Assembly (NCBI GenBank): GCA_963665325.3
Contig: CAXXWS020000004.1
Location: 224,001-288,000, forward strand
Direction: 5' to 3'
Length of the DNA stretch: 64,000 nt
DNA from: Alphaproteobacteria bacterium
Lineage (GTDB): Bacteria; Pseudomonadota; Alphaproteobacteria; Bin95
Made by a program: the position numbers and the translations under genes. A model generated the notes under the pieces. The model ran no database searches. It was not told where the DNA came from and saw only the letters and a program-made list of their open reading frames with translations. Positions 19,622 through 28,521 of the stretch are shown in pieces. Positions within the stretch are counted from its first letter, which is position 1, and each line of letters opens with the position of its first letter.

Positions 19622-20017
19622 CTATGCAGCAGTGCCCAGGCCCGTGGGCGGCCCCTTCAGTTCGACGGTGTTGCCGTCCGGATCACGGATATAGATCGAC
19701 GGGCCGGTGCCTTCGGCGCCGTAGCGCGGAAGCGCCGCCTCCGTCTCGATACCGTGCTCCGCAAGCCAGGCTCGAAGGCCCGGCTCGTCGAACGGCGTAA
19801 TTCGCAGCGCGAAATGGTCCATATTGGCGCCGGAGGGCTCCGGTTCGCCCGGCACCAGATCGATCAGGCTCGCCCCGGCGCGCAACTGCACCAGGCCGAT
19901 CTCCTCCAGCCGCCGCTCCTCCCGGCAGCCGAGCACGCCGGTATAGAAAGCCAGCGCCGCCTCCATGTCGCGGACCCGGAGCACGACATGGTCCAGGTTG
20001 CGGATGCGAAAACTCAT
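19622..20017 (-). CDS. VOC/glyoxalase family protein
   Basis: LDHVVLRV, FYTGVLG, DHFAL and YIRDPDGNTVEL motifs. Confidence 0.9.
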   Translation of the reverse strand: MSFRIRNLDHVVLRVRDMEAALAFYTGVLGCREERRLEEIGLVQLRAGASLIDLVPGEPEPSGANMDHFALRITPFDEPGLRAWLAEHGIETEAALPRYGAEGTGPSIYIRDPDGNTVELKGPPTGLGTAA

Positions 20018-20413
20018 CGTTCCGCCCTCCCCTTGCTCGGTGTAACACAAAACAACCATTTTTCATGATTGCTTCATGTTTGGCCACAGCGTCATCGTTC
20101 TCCCATTTCGATCATGAATACAGTGTCTTAAAATGCATGTCAAGATACAATCCGAGTTATCTTGCGAACTAATCAGCAGCATTTCCGAGAGCCATTCTGT
20201 TGCATTCGGGGAACTGGATGTGTATTCCGGAGGCAACAGTTCAAGTGAATGGATCTACATTGGCTCATAGGGGATTTGGACCGAAATCTGCCATGCATGG
20301 AATATATGTCGATAATTTTGCCTATGGCTTACTATGGGTAATTTCGTTGGAAATATGGGCCAATTGTTGTGCTGTGGCGGGCGCCACTGGAGCAATATGC
20401 TGCCGCCCGCGGC

Positions 20414-21097
20414 TCACCGGCTCCACTGCGGCGGGCCATCGGCGCTCCAGCGCGGCGCGGGGTCGGTCGGCCAGGTCGTCTCCCAAGGCGGGCAGAGATA
20501 CGCGGCGGTGACGTCCCTTGTCTTGGGCCGGGGACAATCGGGGCCGTCTGTTGTGAAATTGATCTGGCAGACAAAGGGCTGCGGCCCTTTCGTCTTGCGG
20601 GCCTCGTTGATGCACCAGATGGCGGCGCCGCCGTACCGGTTCCAGACATGGGCGCGCCAGGGCCAGGTGCCCCGAAACCAGTCGTCCTGCATGGGGAAGG
20701 CCGGGAGGTATGTGGCGGCGGCGATAACAGCGGACATGAGTGCGACGATCGTTGCCCACACCAGGTTGGTCCGGAGGCGGGTTCCGAGGAGTTCCTTGCG
20801 GTGGCTGACTTTCTGGCGGTCGAGGGTTTCCTGCATGGCGCGCAGCCGGGCGGCGTTCACGGTCTGCGGCTCCGGTCCAGTTTGGGGTTGTTCGTCGCGG
20901 GCGATCAACGGCGTCTCCGGCATCCGTGGCGCCGGCTCGTCGATGGGGGCCGGCTCGACCGGCGGCGGTGCGGCGGCGACCGGTTTCGAGGGGCCCGGGG
21001 AGGATTCAGGAACCGGCGTGGGGGACGGCGGATCGTTCCGGCGGTTCAGCCCCGCCCTCAGGCGGTCGAGAGCGGTTTCGGGCGGTTTGTCGGTCAT
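20414..21097 (-). CDS. Hypothetical Pro-rich membrane protein
   Basis: ATG 21097 with GGGGG RBS; Pro-rich N-terminus, one TM (LVWATIVALMSAVIAAATYL), Cys/Trp-rich C-terminus. Confidence 0.65.
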   Translation of the reverse strand: MTDKPPETALDRLRAGLNRRNDPPSPTPVPESSPGPSKPVAAAPPPVEPAPIDEPAPRMPETPLIARDEQPQTGPEPQTVNAARLRAMQETLDRQKVSHRKELLGTRLRTNLVWATIVALMSAVIAAATYLPAFPMQDDWFRGTWPWRAHVWNRYGGAAIWCINEARKTKGPQPFVCQINFTTDGPDCPRPKTRDVTAAYLCPPWETTWPTDPAPRWSADGPPQWSR

Positions 21098-21160
21098 GGC
21101 ATTCCCCCAGCGGCGGCACCGTTGACAAAATACAGGCGATGACGGGAAAGGACGAAGGTC

Positions 21161-21490
21161 ATGACGAGGGACAGGGAGGACCGGCGGCGCCAGCACGCCA
21201 TTACAGTGACCGACAGCGAGTGGCTCCGGCTGAAGACGCGGGCGAAGGAGGCGGGCATGCCGGTCTCGCGCTTCATCGTCCACCGGCTGGTGGAGGCGGA
21301 CCCGGGCCCGCCGCCGGACCGGGGGCCGGGCGGGCTGCCGGCGCAGATCTGGCGGCAGGTGGCGCGTGAGGTGCTGCTGCTCGGCCGCATCGAAGAACAG
21401 CGTATGGCCGGCCAGCATGTGTCGGAGGAGCGCGCGGCGCTGGCGGCCGAAGTGGACGCCTGGCTGGACCGGCAGGAGGAACTGGCATGA
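21161..21490 (+). CDS. Ribbon-helix-helix / MobC-like mobilization protein 1
   Basis: HAITVTDSEWLRLKTRAKEAGMPVSRFI, an RHH pattern. Confidence 0.7.
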   Translation: MTRDREDRRRQHAITVTDSEWLRLKTRAKEAGMPVSRFIVHRLVEADPGPPPDRGPGGLPAQIWRQVAREVLLLGRIEEQRMAGQHVSEERAALAAEVDAWLDRQEELA

Positions 21491-21807
21491 AGCAGGCGAA
21501 GTCGCGCTGCCTCTATCCGACGCCGGCGGAGTGGTCGCGCATCCAGGCGCGGGCGAAGACGGCGGGCATGAAGGTCTCGCCGTTCCTGGTCGCCTGCGCG
21601 CTGAAGAGCGATGCGGAGCCCCGTACGGGACAGGCTCTCGTGCTGACGGGGGAGGAACAGCGGGAACTCCACGACCGGGTAGCGCGGCTCGACCTTTGCA
21701 GCCGGACCATGCTGGCGCCGCTGCCGGGCATGGACATGTCCGCCTTCGAGGCGGTCGCGCTCCTCTGCCGACTGCTGGCGTCCGAAGAACCGGGAGAGGC
21801 GGCATGA
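21487..21807 (+). CDS. Ribbon-helix-helix / MobC-like protein 2
   Basis: LYPTPAEWSRIQARAKTAGMKVSPFL; ATGA overlaps on both sides. Confidence 0.7.
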   Translation: MKQAKSRCLYPTPAEWSRIQARAKTAGMKVSPFLVACALKSDAEPRTGQALVLTGEEQRELHDRVARLDLCSRTMLAPLPGMDMSAFEAVALLCRLLASEEPGEAA

Positions 21808-22256
21808 GGCGTCCGCGCTCCGGGCCGAAGAAGATCGTGCGCTCCTTCTCCTGCACCGACTGGCAGAGGGAGGAAATCGGCAAGCGCGCGGCGGAAGCCG
21901 GCATGAACCTCTCGCCCTTCGTCATCGAGCGCGGCCTGACGGTCGACCTCGATGCTGCCGAAGACGAGGCTGCCTCGCCGCCCTCCCTCATCCTCGGACA
22001 GGAAGAACAGCGGCAACTGCACGACCGCGTTGCGGGCATCGCCGAGCGGTGGCTGGGTCCGGCCCCGCCCGATCCGGCGGGCATGGCGGAACTGCCGGCG
22101 GTGCTCGGCGTGCTGCTCGAACGGCTCATGACCGACATGATCGAGATGGGCCAGGAAGAGCGGATGCGCGGCCTGCTCCGGGACGCCTTCGGCGAGGCCC
22201 GGGGTTCGGAGCTCGCCCGGCAATACGCCGCAAAGGCGCGCCGGCCGGACAGCTGA
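21804..22256 (+). CDS. Ribbon-helix-helix / MobC-like protein 3
   Basis: SFSCTDWQREEIGKRAAEAGMNLSPFV; ATGA overlap, RBS GGAGAGG. Confidence 0.7.
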   Translation: MRRPRSGPKKIVRSFSCTDWQREEIGKRAAEAGMNLSPFVIERGLTVDLDAAEDEAASPPSLILGQEEQRQLHDRVAGIAERWLGPAPPDPAGMAELPAVLGVLLERLMTDMIEMGQEERMRGLLRDAFGEARGSELARQYAAKARRPDS

Positions 22257-22259
22257 CCC

Positions 22260-25200
22260 TCAGGGCGTCATGCCGCCGCCGATATCGCGGCTGCGGTCCC
22301 GTCGACGGGCCGCATCGTCGATGCCGACCTGCCGTTCGAGCCTCTTGCGGGCGCCGGGGTCCAGTTCCGGGCGCGTCAGCAGACGCCGGGCCTCCCCGGC
22401 GACCCTTCTCAGTTCGGGGCCGCCCAGATCGTAGCGGGCGAGCTTCGGGGCGATCTTGCCGTAAGCCGTGTCGGTCTCCAGCGCCTGCGAGAGCCTCTTC
22501 CCGTCCCGTCCGATGGCCTCGCGCGCGCCCTCGATACGGTCCAGGTGAACGGCATACCGCTCCTCTCCGAGAATCCGCTCTGCCGTCCTGCAGAGCTGCC
22601 GCGCCACCTCCGACCAGATCCGGTAGCTCGCCCCGTCCTCCGTCAGGCTCCTGCCGCGCGGCGCGGTGACGTCCGACAGCTGCTCACGCGCCTCCAGGGC
22701 GGAGCCGAGGTCCCGGACGAGGCCCTCCACCTCCGAGCGTGCCGCCGCCTCCCTGTCATGCTCCGCGACCAGCCGGCCGAGGAGCGCGCGCGTGTCCCCG
22801 TTCAGCTCCGGCTCCATCGCCATCAGCCGCATGCGCAGCACGACCTCCTCATTGCCCTCGCGGTAGAAGAGCGGCGTACCGGTCTCCCGACGCATGACCT
22901 CCCGCCTCTCCAGCAGGCAGGCCGCAAGGCGCCTGTCCAGCCAGACCGCGTCCGTCAGCAACCTGCGGTCCGCCGCAATGCCGTCGCGCAGGTCCGGCAG
23001 AGCGCCGGCATGGCCGAACGAGCCGTCTGCATCCAGAAGGTCCCGCGCCTCGTCCAGCAGGCGGCCCGCCTCCTCACGCCAGGTCTCAAGTCGCGAATCG
23101 AGCGAATATGTCGCCCTGAGTTCCCCGGTCCTCTCGATCAGGCGCTGGCGCTTCTCCACGCAGTCGCGGAGCCTCTTTGCGAGCGGCCTGAACCTGTCTT
23201 CCGCGGCGGCGATGCCGCGTCCCTCCGCGACAATGGCGGCAAGGCCCGTGCGCAGGGCGGCGTCCATGTGCGGCAGTTCCGGCACCGTTTCAATGCGGCT
23301 GAGCACGTCCTCGCGGCCGTCTTCGTGGAACCAGTGCGTTCCGGCCTCCCTCGCGCGCCCGTCCAGCGCCCTCCAGTCATCCAGGATGGGGAGCACGGCC
23401 TTGTCCGCTTCGAGGATGCCCTTCAGCTTCTCGCAAGCTTCTGCGATGCCGTCGCGAATCGCCGGCAAGGCGTTGAGATGCGGCCGGTAGCGTTCCTCCT
23501 CTCCGGCGATCCCGTCCGCCTCGGCCCGGAGCTTCAGCTCCCCCGCGCACCAGAGCTCGTAGTCGCGCCCGCGGTCGCCGGTCCTGTCGGTAAGGCCGGT
23601 CCGCCCGGCGATTTCGGCCTCGAGTTTCTCATGCAGCCGGTCGAGGGCGGCGCGGGCCGCGGCTGCCGCTTCGTGCGTCTCGGCCGCGCGTTTCGCCTCG
23701 GCGGCGATACCTGCCGATATGCCGGGGGCGCGGCCAAGCTCGGCAAGCCGTTCGACCGCCTCCGCGCATCCCTCCATATAATACGGGATCGTGCCCTGCT
23801 GCCGCGCCTCCTCCTCCAGCGCGCGCCAGGCGGAAAGCTCCGGCCACACCGCCTCGTGCTCCGGGATAGGCAAGGGCACAGGCGGGGCGATCTCCTCGCC
23901 CACCGCCTCCAGCGCCGTCATCGGCAGGCCCGCATGTTCCTCCAGCGCCTCGACAAGGTCCTCGCGGTTGTCGGTCAGCACCACCGCATTGTCGCGCGCC
24001 CGGCTGATCCCGACATAGAACGCCGCCCGGTCCACAGGCGCGTCATGGCCCGAGTCCAGCACTGCGATGACATTGTCGCGGGTCGTGCCCTGCGCCGCAT
24101 GCAGGGTCGCGCTCCAGGCATGGTCGACATGGCGCAGCTGCGGATCGTCCCGGCGCAGTGACAGGGTGAGGCCGTCATCCGTCTCCAGCTTCACGAACCG
24201 GTAGCCAATGGAGAGGATCTCCGCCTCGTCGCCATTGACCAGGCCGCGCTTCCCGTCATTGCGCGTCCACCGGATGCGGTCGCCCGCCTGAAGGCGGATC
24301 GGGCGCGTCTCGTAGACTTCGTAGCGGTAGCGGATCGGGTCCGAGGGATCGATCCGGCGCGGCCGCCCGTCGGGATGATGCAGCGATACCTGTCCACGAT
24401 CGGTTTCCGTCACCGTGCAGGCATCGTCCGTCTTCACCCGGAACTGATAAATGTCGTTGTGGAAGACCAGCACGTCGCCGGGGCGGTAGCTGGCGATATC
24501 GGCCTTCTGCGCGCGCGTGAGCCCTAGGCCGACCAGCCGCTCGATCTCCAGAACCCGCCCGTGCAGCACGCCCTCGTCGCGAAGCCCCTCGCGCACCGCC
24601 TCGTTGATGTCCTCCCTGAGCGCATGGGTCGGCGCCAGGATCGCCGTCCGGGCGCGCGCCTCGGGATGGAGCGAGAGCCAGAGCCGGGCCGCCGCCTCGC
24701 CGAGCTCGTCCGCTTCCGCCTCGTGGACATTGTCGCCGAGGCGGCCCATGGCCTCGGCAGGCTCCCCCTCCCGTATGGCCACGACCGCTTCGTGCAGGTC
24801 CGGGTCGCGCTGGCGCAGGATCTCGTCCATGCGCGCCGTCGCCATGCCCGCCTGCTGAAGTTGCCGGAAGGGCTGACCGGCCTCGACCGAACGCAGCTGC
24901 CCGCTGTCGCCGACAAGTGCCAGGCGCGCGATCCCGATCCGCTCGGCAATGCGCATCGTCTGGCGCATCTGCGCCGCGCTCACCATGGACGCCTCGTCCA
25001 CCACCAGCACCGCACCGCCGAACGCGAGCCGCGCCTCGGCCAGCCGCTCCGGGCTCGCCATCCGGTCGCCGATATCCCGGTGGCGCGCCAGGAACCATTG
25101 CAGCGTCCGCGCCGGAATGCCCGCCTCCCGCTCCAGCGCCCGCACCGCCGCCTTCGACGGCGCGAGACCCACCACCTTTCGCTCGCCCGCGAGTCGCGCC

Positions 25201-26588
25201 ATTTCGCGCAGCATGGTCGTCTTGCCCGTGCCCGCATGGCCCTGCACGCCCACCACACGGTCGCACGACAGCAGGATCGTGCGCACCGCCTCGCGCTGGC
25301 CTTCCGTCAGCAGGCCGGCCGCCAGTTCCGTCTCCACCGCCGCCCCGTCCGCCGCCGCCTGCCCGGCGCCGGCGCCGTCGCGCATCCAGCCGATATTGCC
25401 GCGCTCGGCCCTGAGCGCCCGGTCGGTGACGAAGGCCCGGTCCGCCCCGCGCAGTACCGCTTCAACCAGATGACCGTCACGGCGCAATGCTTCGATCGCC
25501 GCTTCCGCCTCCTCGACCGAATACCGCCCGGGCGCCTGGCCGAGCGCATGCGCCGCAATGTCGCCCGCCGCGAATACCGACGACCGCTCCTCCAGATGTT
25601 CCACCGCCCGCCAGACCGCTTCAAGCACCGGCAGAACGGGGCGCGCGTCTGCCTGCCGCCTGTCCCGCCGCTCGCGCCTTGCCCGTGCTGCCGCCTCGCG
25701 GGGCAGCAGGCCGGCCTCGCGGGCACGCCGCCGCCATATCCGCCGCAGCAGATGCATGGCCGGCTCCGCCTTGCGCCGCCGCGTGAAGAGCGCCGCCTGC
25801 TGCGCCCTGGCCGCGCTGTAGGGGCCGCCCCGTTTCTTTATGTCCTCAAGGATGTCGCGGCGCCGGGTCGAGAACGCGTCGCGCATTTCCCGGTCATAGC
25901 CCGCAAGCTCGAAGCCCGGCACCGGCCCGATCATCGTCGGCACGGTCTCGTAGCCCATCTCCTGAAGCCGCCGCGCCAGCTCGTTGCGGTAATGCGCCCC
26001 GATCAGCTTCCTGTTGCGCCGGATCGCCGTCGCCTCGATGCTCCGCCACTCCCCGGCGCCGTTCCGGGTCATGTTCGCCACCACGCAATGCGTGTGCAGC
26101 TGCGGGTCCAGGTTGCGGCTCGCCAGATGCCGGAAGGTCGCCGCCACCATGCCGTGCGCCTTCACGCGCGGGCGGCGCCGCGTTGCGGGGTCCCAGCCCC
26201 GCGTCTTCAACAGCTCCGCCTCCACCCGGTCCAGCGCCGCCCGCACCGCCTTGTCATGCGCGCGGATCACTCGCTTGTCGCCGTGCAGCAGAGCCGCCAG
26301 CGACACCGACTTCGGTGCCGACAGCGTGACGTCCAATCCCGGACGGTGCTGGTGCCCGCCGTCGCGCATGCGGCCGAGGCGCAGCCCCGTCCCCGGCACA
26401 TGGCCCTCAAGGATCGCATTGAAGCGCTTCGGCGACACGTGCCGCCCCAGGCCCAGCGCCTGCGCCGCCTCCCCGTGCCAGAAGCTCGCCTTGCGGTGCT
26501 CCGGGTCCCCCTTCGCGTAGTAGCCGTCCTGCTCGAAATAGTGGACCGTCGAACTCGCCGAGCCGATATTCGTCACCGTCGCGACCAT
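22260..26588 (-). CDS. MobF-family relaxase-helicase (TrwC/TraI-like) with extended C-terminus
   Basis: HYFEQDGYY, DVTLSAPKSVS, HLASRNLDPQLHTH, GHAGTGKTT, VVDEASM, LVGDSGQL, HAAQGTT and YVGISRAR motifs. Confidence 0.93.
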   Translation of the reverse strand: MVATVTNIGSASSTVHYFEQDGYYAKGDPEHRKASFWHGEAAQALGLGRHVSPKRFNAILEGHVPGTGLRLGRMRDGGHQHRPGLDVTLSAPKSVSLAALLHGDKRVIRAHDKAVRAALDRVEAELLKTRGWDPATRRRPRVKAHGMVAATFRHLASRNLDPQLHTHCVVANMTRNGAGEWRSIEATAIRRNRKLIGAHYRNELARRLQEMGYETVPTMIGPVPGFELAGYDREMRDAFSTRRRDILEDIKKRGGPYSAARAQQAALFTRRRKAEPAMHLLRRIWRRRAREAGLLPREAAARARRERRDRRQADARPVLPVLEAVWRAVEHLEERSSVFAAGDIAAHALGQAPGRYSVEEAEAAIEALRRDGHLVEAVLRGADRAFVTDRALRAERGNIGWMRDGAGAGQAAADGAAVETELAAGLLTEGQREAVRTILLSCDRVVGVQGHAGTGKTTMLREMARLAGERKVVGLAPSKAAVRALEREAGIPARTLQWFLARHRDIGDRMASPERLAEARLAFGGAVLVVDEASMVSAAQMRQTMRIAERIGIARLALVGDSGQLRSVEAGQPFRQLQQAGMATARMDEILRQRDPDLHEAVVAIREGEPAEAMGRLGDNVHEAEADELGEAAARLWLSLHPEARARTAILAPTHALREDINEAVREGLRDEGVLHGRVLEIERLVGLGLTRAQKADIASYRPGDVLVFHNDIYQFRVKTDDACTVTETDRGQVSLHHPDGRPRRIDPSDPIRYRYEVYETRPIRLQAGDRIRWTRNDGKRGLVNGDEAEILSIGYRFVKLETDDGLTLSLRRDDPQLRHVDHAWSATLHAAQGTTRDNVIAVLDSGHDAPVDRAAFYVGISRARDNAVVLTDNREDLVEALEEHAGLPMTALEAVGEEIAPPVPLPIPEHEAVWPELSAWRALEEEARQQGTIPYYMEGCAEAVERLAELGRAPGISAGIAAEAKRAAETHEAAAAARAALDRLHEKLEAEIAGRTGLTDRTGDRGRDYELWCAGELKLRAEADGIAGEEERYRPHLNALPAIRDGIAEACEKLKGILEADKAVLPILDDWRALDGRAREAGTHWFHEDGREDVLSRIETVPELPHMDAALRTGLAAIVAEGRGIAAAEDRFRPLAKRLRDCVEKRQRLIERTGELRATYSLDSRLETWREEAGRLLDEARDLLDADGSFGHAGALPDLRDGIAADRRLLTDAVWLDRRLAACLLERREVMRRETGTPLFYREGNEEVVLRMRLMAMEPELNGDTRALLGRLVAEHDREAAARSEVEGLVRDLGSALEAREQLSDVTAPRGRSLTEDGASYRIWSEVARQLCRTAERILGEERYAVHLDRIEGAREAIGRDGKRLSQALETDTAYGKIAPKLARYDLGGPELRRVAGEARRLLTRPELDPGARKRLERQVGIDDAARRRDRSRDIGGGMTP

Positions 26589-26661
26589 GAAGGCAGTCTA
26601 GCTGCACGGGCCGCGAAATAGCACATCGCCGCATGCGAATTCGCAGCCAGGCGACAACCGG

Positions 26662-26691
26662 TTGCCCTTCCAGCGCCGGCAGGACCATAAT
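26662..26691 (+). promoter_or_regulatory. Putative sigma70 promoter outside the left inverted repeat
   Basis: TTGCCC-N18-CATAAT. Confidence 0.45.
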
Positions 26692-26717
26692 CACTCCTGC
26701 AATCGTCCATGAGGCTT

Positions 26718-26740
26718 CCCGCTCTGTCGGGTCGCCCGCT
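26718..26740 (+). repeat. 23-bp inverted repeat, left copy
   Basis: CCCGCTCTGTCGGGTCGCCCGCT is the exact reverse complement of 36546-36568. Confidence 0.92.
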
Positions 26741-26807
26741 TCATGATTCCGATCCTTCAAACGAGTCCCGTCCGGCTACAACGCTACTCTCGACAAGTGA
26801 GTCCACG

Positions 26808-28400
26808 ATGAACGCGCTCAAGAGGCTCCCCTTTGCCGCCGTCGCTCTTGCCGTAGCCGCGTGCGGAGGTGGGGGAAGCGGATCGGGGCCGCAAACGGCG
26901 GTTCGCGTCGAGCCGCCGCCTCCCTCGAAACCCGTTGTCCAGCCTCAGGGGAATTCCAATACGCGGTTTGGCACGACCAAGCGAGACTACTATCCGCTGA
27001 ACGCCAGGTTTCAGAAGATCAGGAAACCGACTCGACAGGAATACAATCGAGAATTCTACGAAGCTGCATTGGTAGAATATGAGGCCGGAACATGCTGTTG
27101 GGAAATGGCAGAAGGAAGCTCCGATATTGCCTCGCGCGAAGAAGTCCTGTCTATGCTGCGAGAAAACATCTATTCCTTTGAGAACCTTGTTAGAAAGGAC
27201 GCCGATCCCGATACTCCTCCCGGAATAGTGGCTTCCATCAAGGGACACAGTTCGCCTCCGGAAGTTCGCATTGTTTCCGGGTCCGAGCCAAAGGCTGCAC
27301 TCACAAGGGCCGTTGACAACATCAATGCTTGGCTCCCGTACAGATTGCATATCACCGTCGGAAACGACATATCCGCGAGCGCCGATCCCGGCACAAATGT
27401 TATCAGAGCAAACTTGAACCAAGTCCGTGATGATGAATTTGACGGGGATGGTGGATTTTACGAAATAAACATCACTGAAAAACACAATGAAAATGTGAGT
27501 CTTATACAGCATGAGCTATTGCACGCTTTGGGGATGAGTGGAGGCAGGTCTTGCTACGAAACATTCGGGGCAGATTGCGACACCGCGAGCCTTTCTGGCC
27601 CACAGAATGCCTATAGTCATGTGCCGATCTCTGAGTTCCCCGAAAGCACTATGTCCTATGTATCTCCCTATGATGATGAACACGGTTTGTCGCAGATAGA
27701 TGGCGAGACGATACAGACTATCTATACCAGACTTCACACCAAGCGAGAAACTTATTTGGAACGACCGGGAGCATTTTATATTGAAGACGAGACCATATCT
27801 GCGGAAGATTTGGGGCCGTGGGACGACTCGGTAATCCGCTACAGTGGAAGTTTTGACCGGCCCATCGACACAGATTTTCACGCTCGCGGCCACTCTGTCC
27901 ATGGAGGTGGCAGGGTATTCTGGCATAGTTCCGGCAGCGACCCGCTTTCAATGAGCGCGGCGTTCGGCGTTGATTGGCGCAATGGTATTGCAAGGCCGTG
28001 GACAGTCGGGCAACCGCCGGAGGCAACCTTTGCTGATTCGGGTCTTGTAGGGAATGCGGCCTGGCGCGGTGAGCTTGTGGGCTTCACGCCGATCAGGGAA
28101 GCCGTTTATGGCAACAGCGCGATCTCGGTGAACTTGGCGACAATGGCGGGCAGTGCGGCATTCACCGCACTTGAGCACTGGAATGCCGGTGCAGCGCCAG
28201 GCGAGCCGGGAACGGGAATGCAGTGGAACGATGGCGACTTGCATTACTCCATCGGCTTGGGCGGGAATTACCTTCGCAGCAATGGAGGCGACGAGGGTTA
28301 TGTCTCCGGGCGCTTCGTTGGTGGCAGGCACGAAGGGGCGGTTGGAATTCTGGAGCGCCCTGATTTGACGGCCGCGTTCGGTGCCTCCCGGAAAGAGTAG
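26808..28400 (+). CDS. Surface lipoprotein with zinc-metalloprotease (HExxH) domain and TbpB-like C-terminal barrel
   Basis: VAAC lipobox plus GGGGSGSG linker; HELLHALG...SH..ESTMSY; C-terminus A.WRG..GRFVG..AVG..AAFGASR. Confidence 0.72.
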   Translation: MNALKRLPFAAVALAVAACGGGGSGSGPQTAVRVEPPPPSKPVVQPQGNSNTRFGTTKRDYYPLNARFQKIRKPTRQEYNREFYEAALVEYEAGTCCWEMAEGSSDIASREEVLSMLRENIYSFENLVRKDADPDTPPGIVASIKGHSSPPEVRIVSGSEPKAALTRAVDNINAWLPYRLHITVGNDISASADPGTNVIRANLNQVRDDEFDGDGGFYEINITEKHNENVSLIQHELLHALGMSGGRSCYETFGADCDTASLSGPQNAYSHVPISEFPESTMSYVSPYDDEHGLSQIDGETIQTIYTRLHTKRETYLERPGAFYIEDETISAEDLGPWDDSVIRYSGSFDRPIDTDFHARGHSVHGGGRVFWHSSGSDPLSMSAAFGVDWRNGIARPWTVGQPPEATFADSGLVGNAAWRGELVGFTPIREAVYGNSAISVNLATMAGSAAFTALEHWNAGAAPGEPGTGMQWNDGDLHYSIGLGGNYLRSNGGDEGYVSGRFVGGRHEGAVGILERPDLTAAFGASRKE

Positions 28401-28521
28401 GGTCATGGCCAGAGACAGCGGTCGAGGCACGTCCGCCTGCGGTCTCTGCCCCGTCACTGCCTCATCTGGACCGTCGCCGAACCTCTCCTTGATCGTCGCG
28501 CCGCAACTGCCACAGCGCTAG

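Noticed and set aside
20200-20511. ORF in the AT-rich left end of the element
   Set aside because: No RBS or recognisable motif, and it overlaps the convergent gene; treated as non-coding
26589-26717. oriT/nic site upstream of the relaxase (palindromes TGCGAATTCGCA, GCAGGA..TCCTGC)
   Set aside because: Position is plausible, but I see no recognisable match to MobF nic sequences; cannot call
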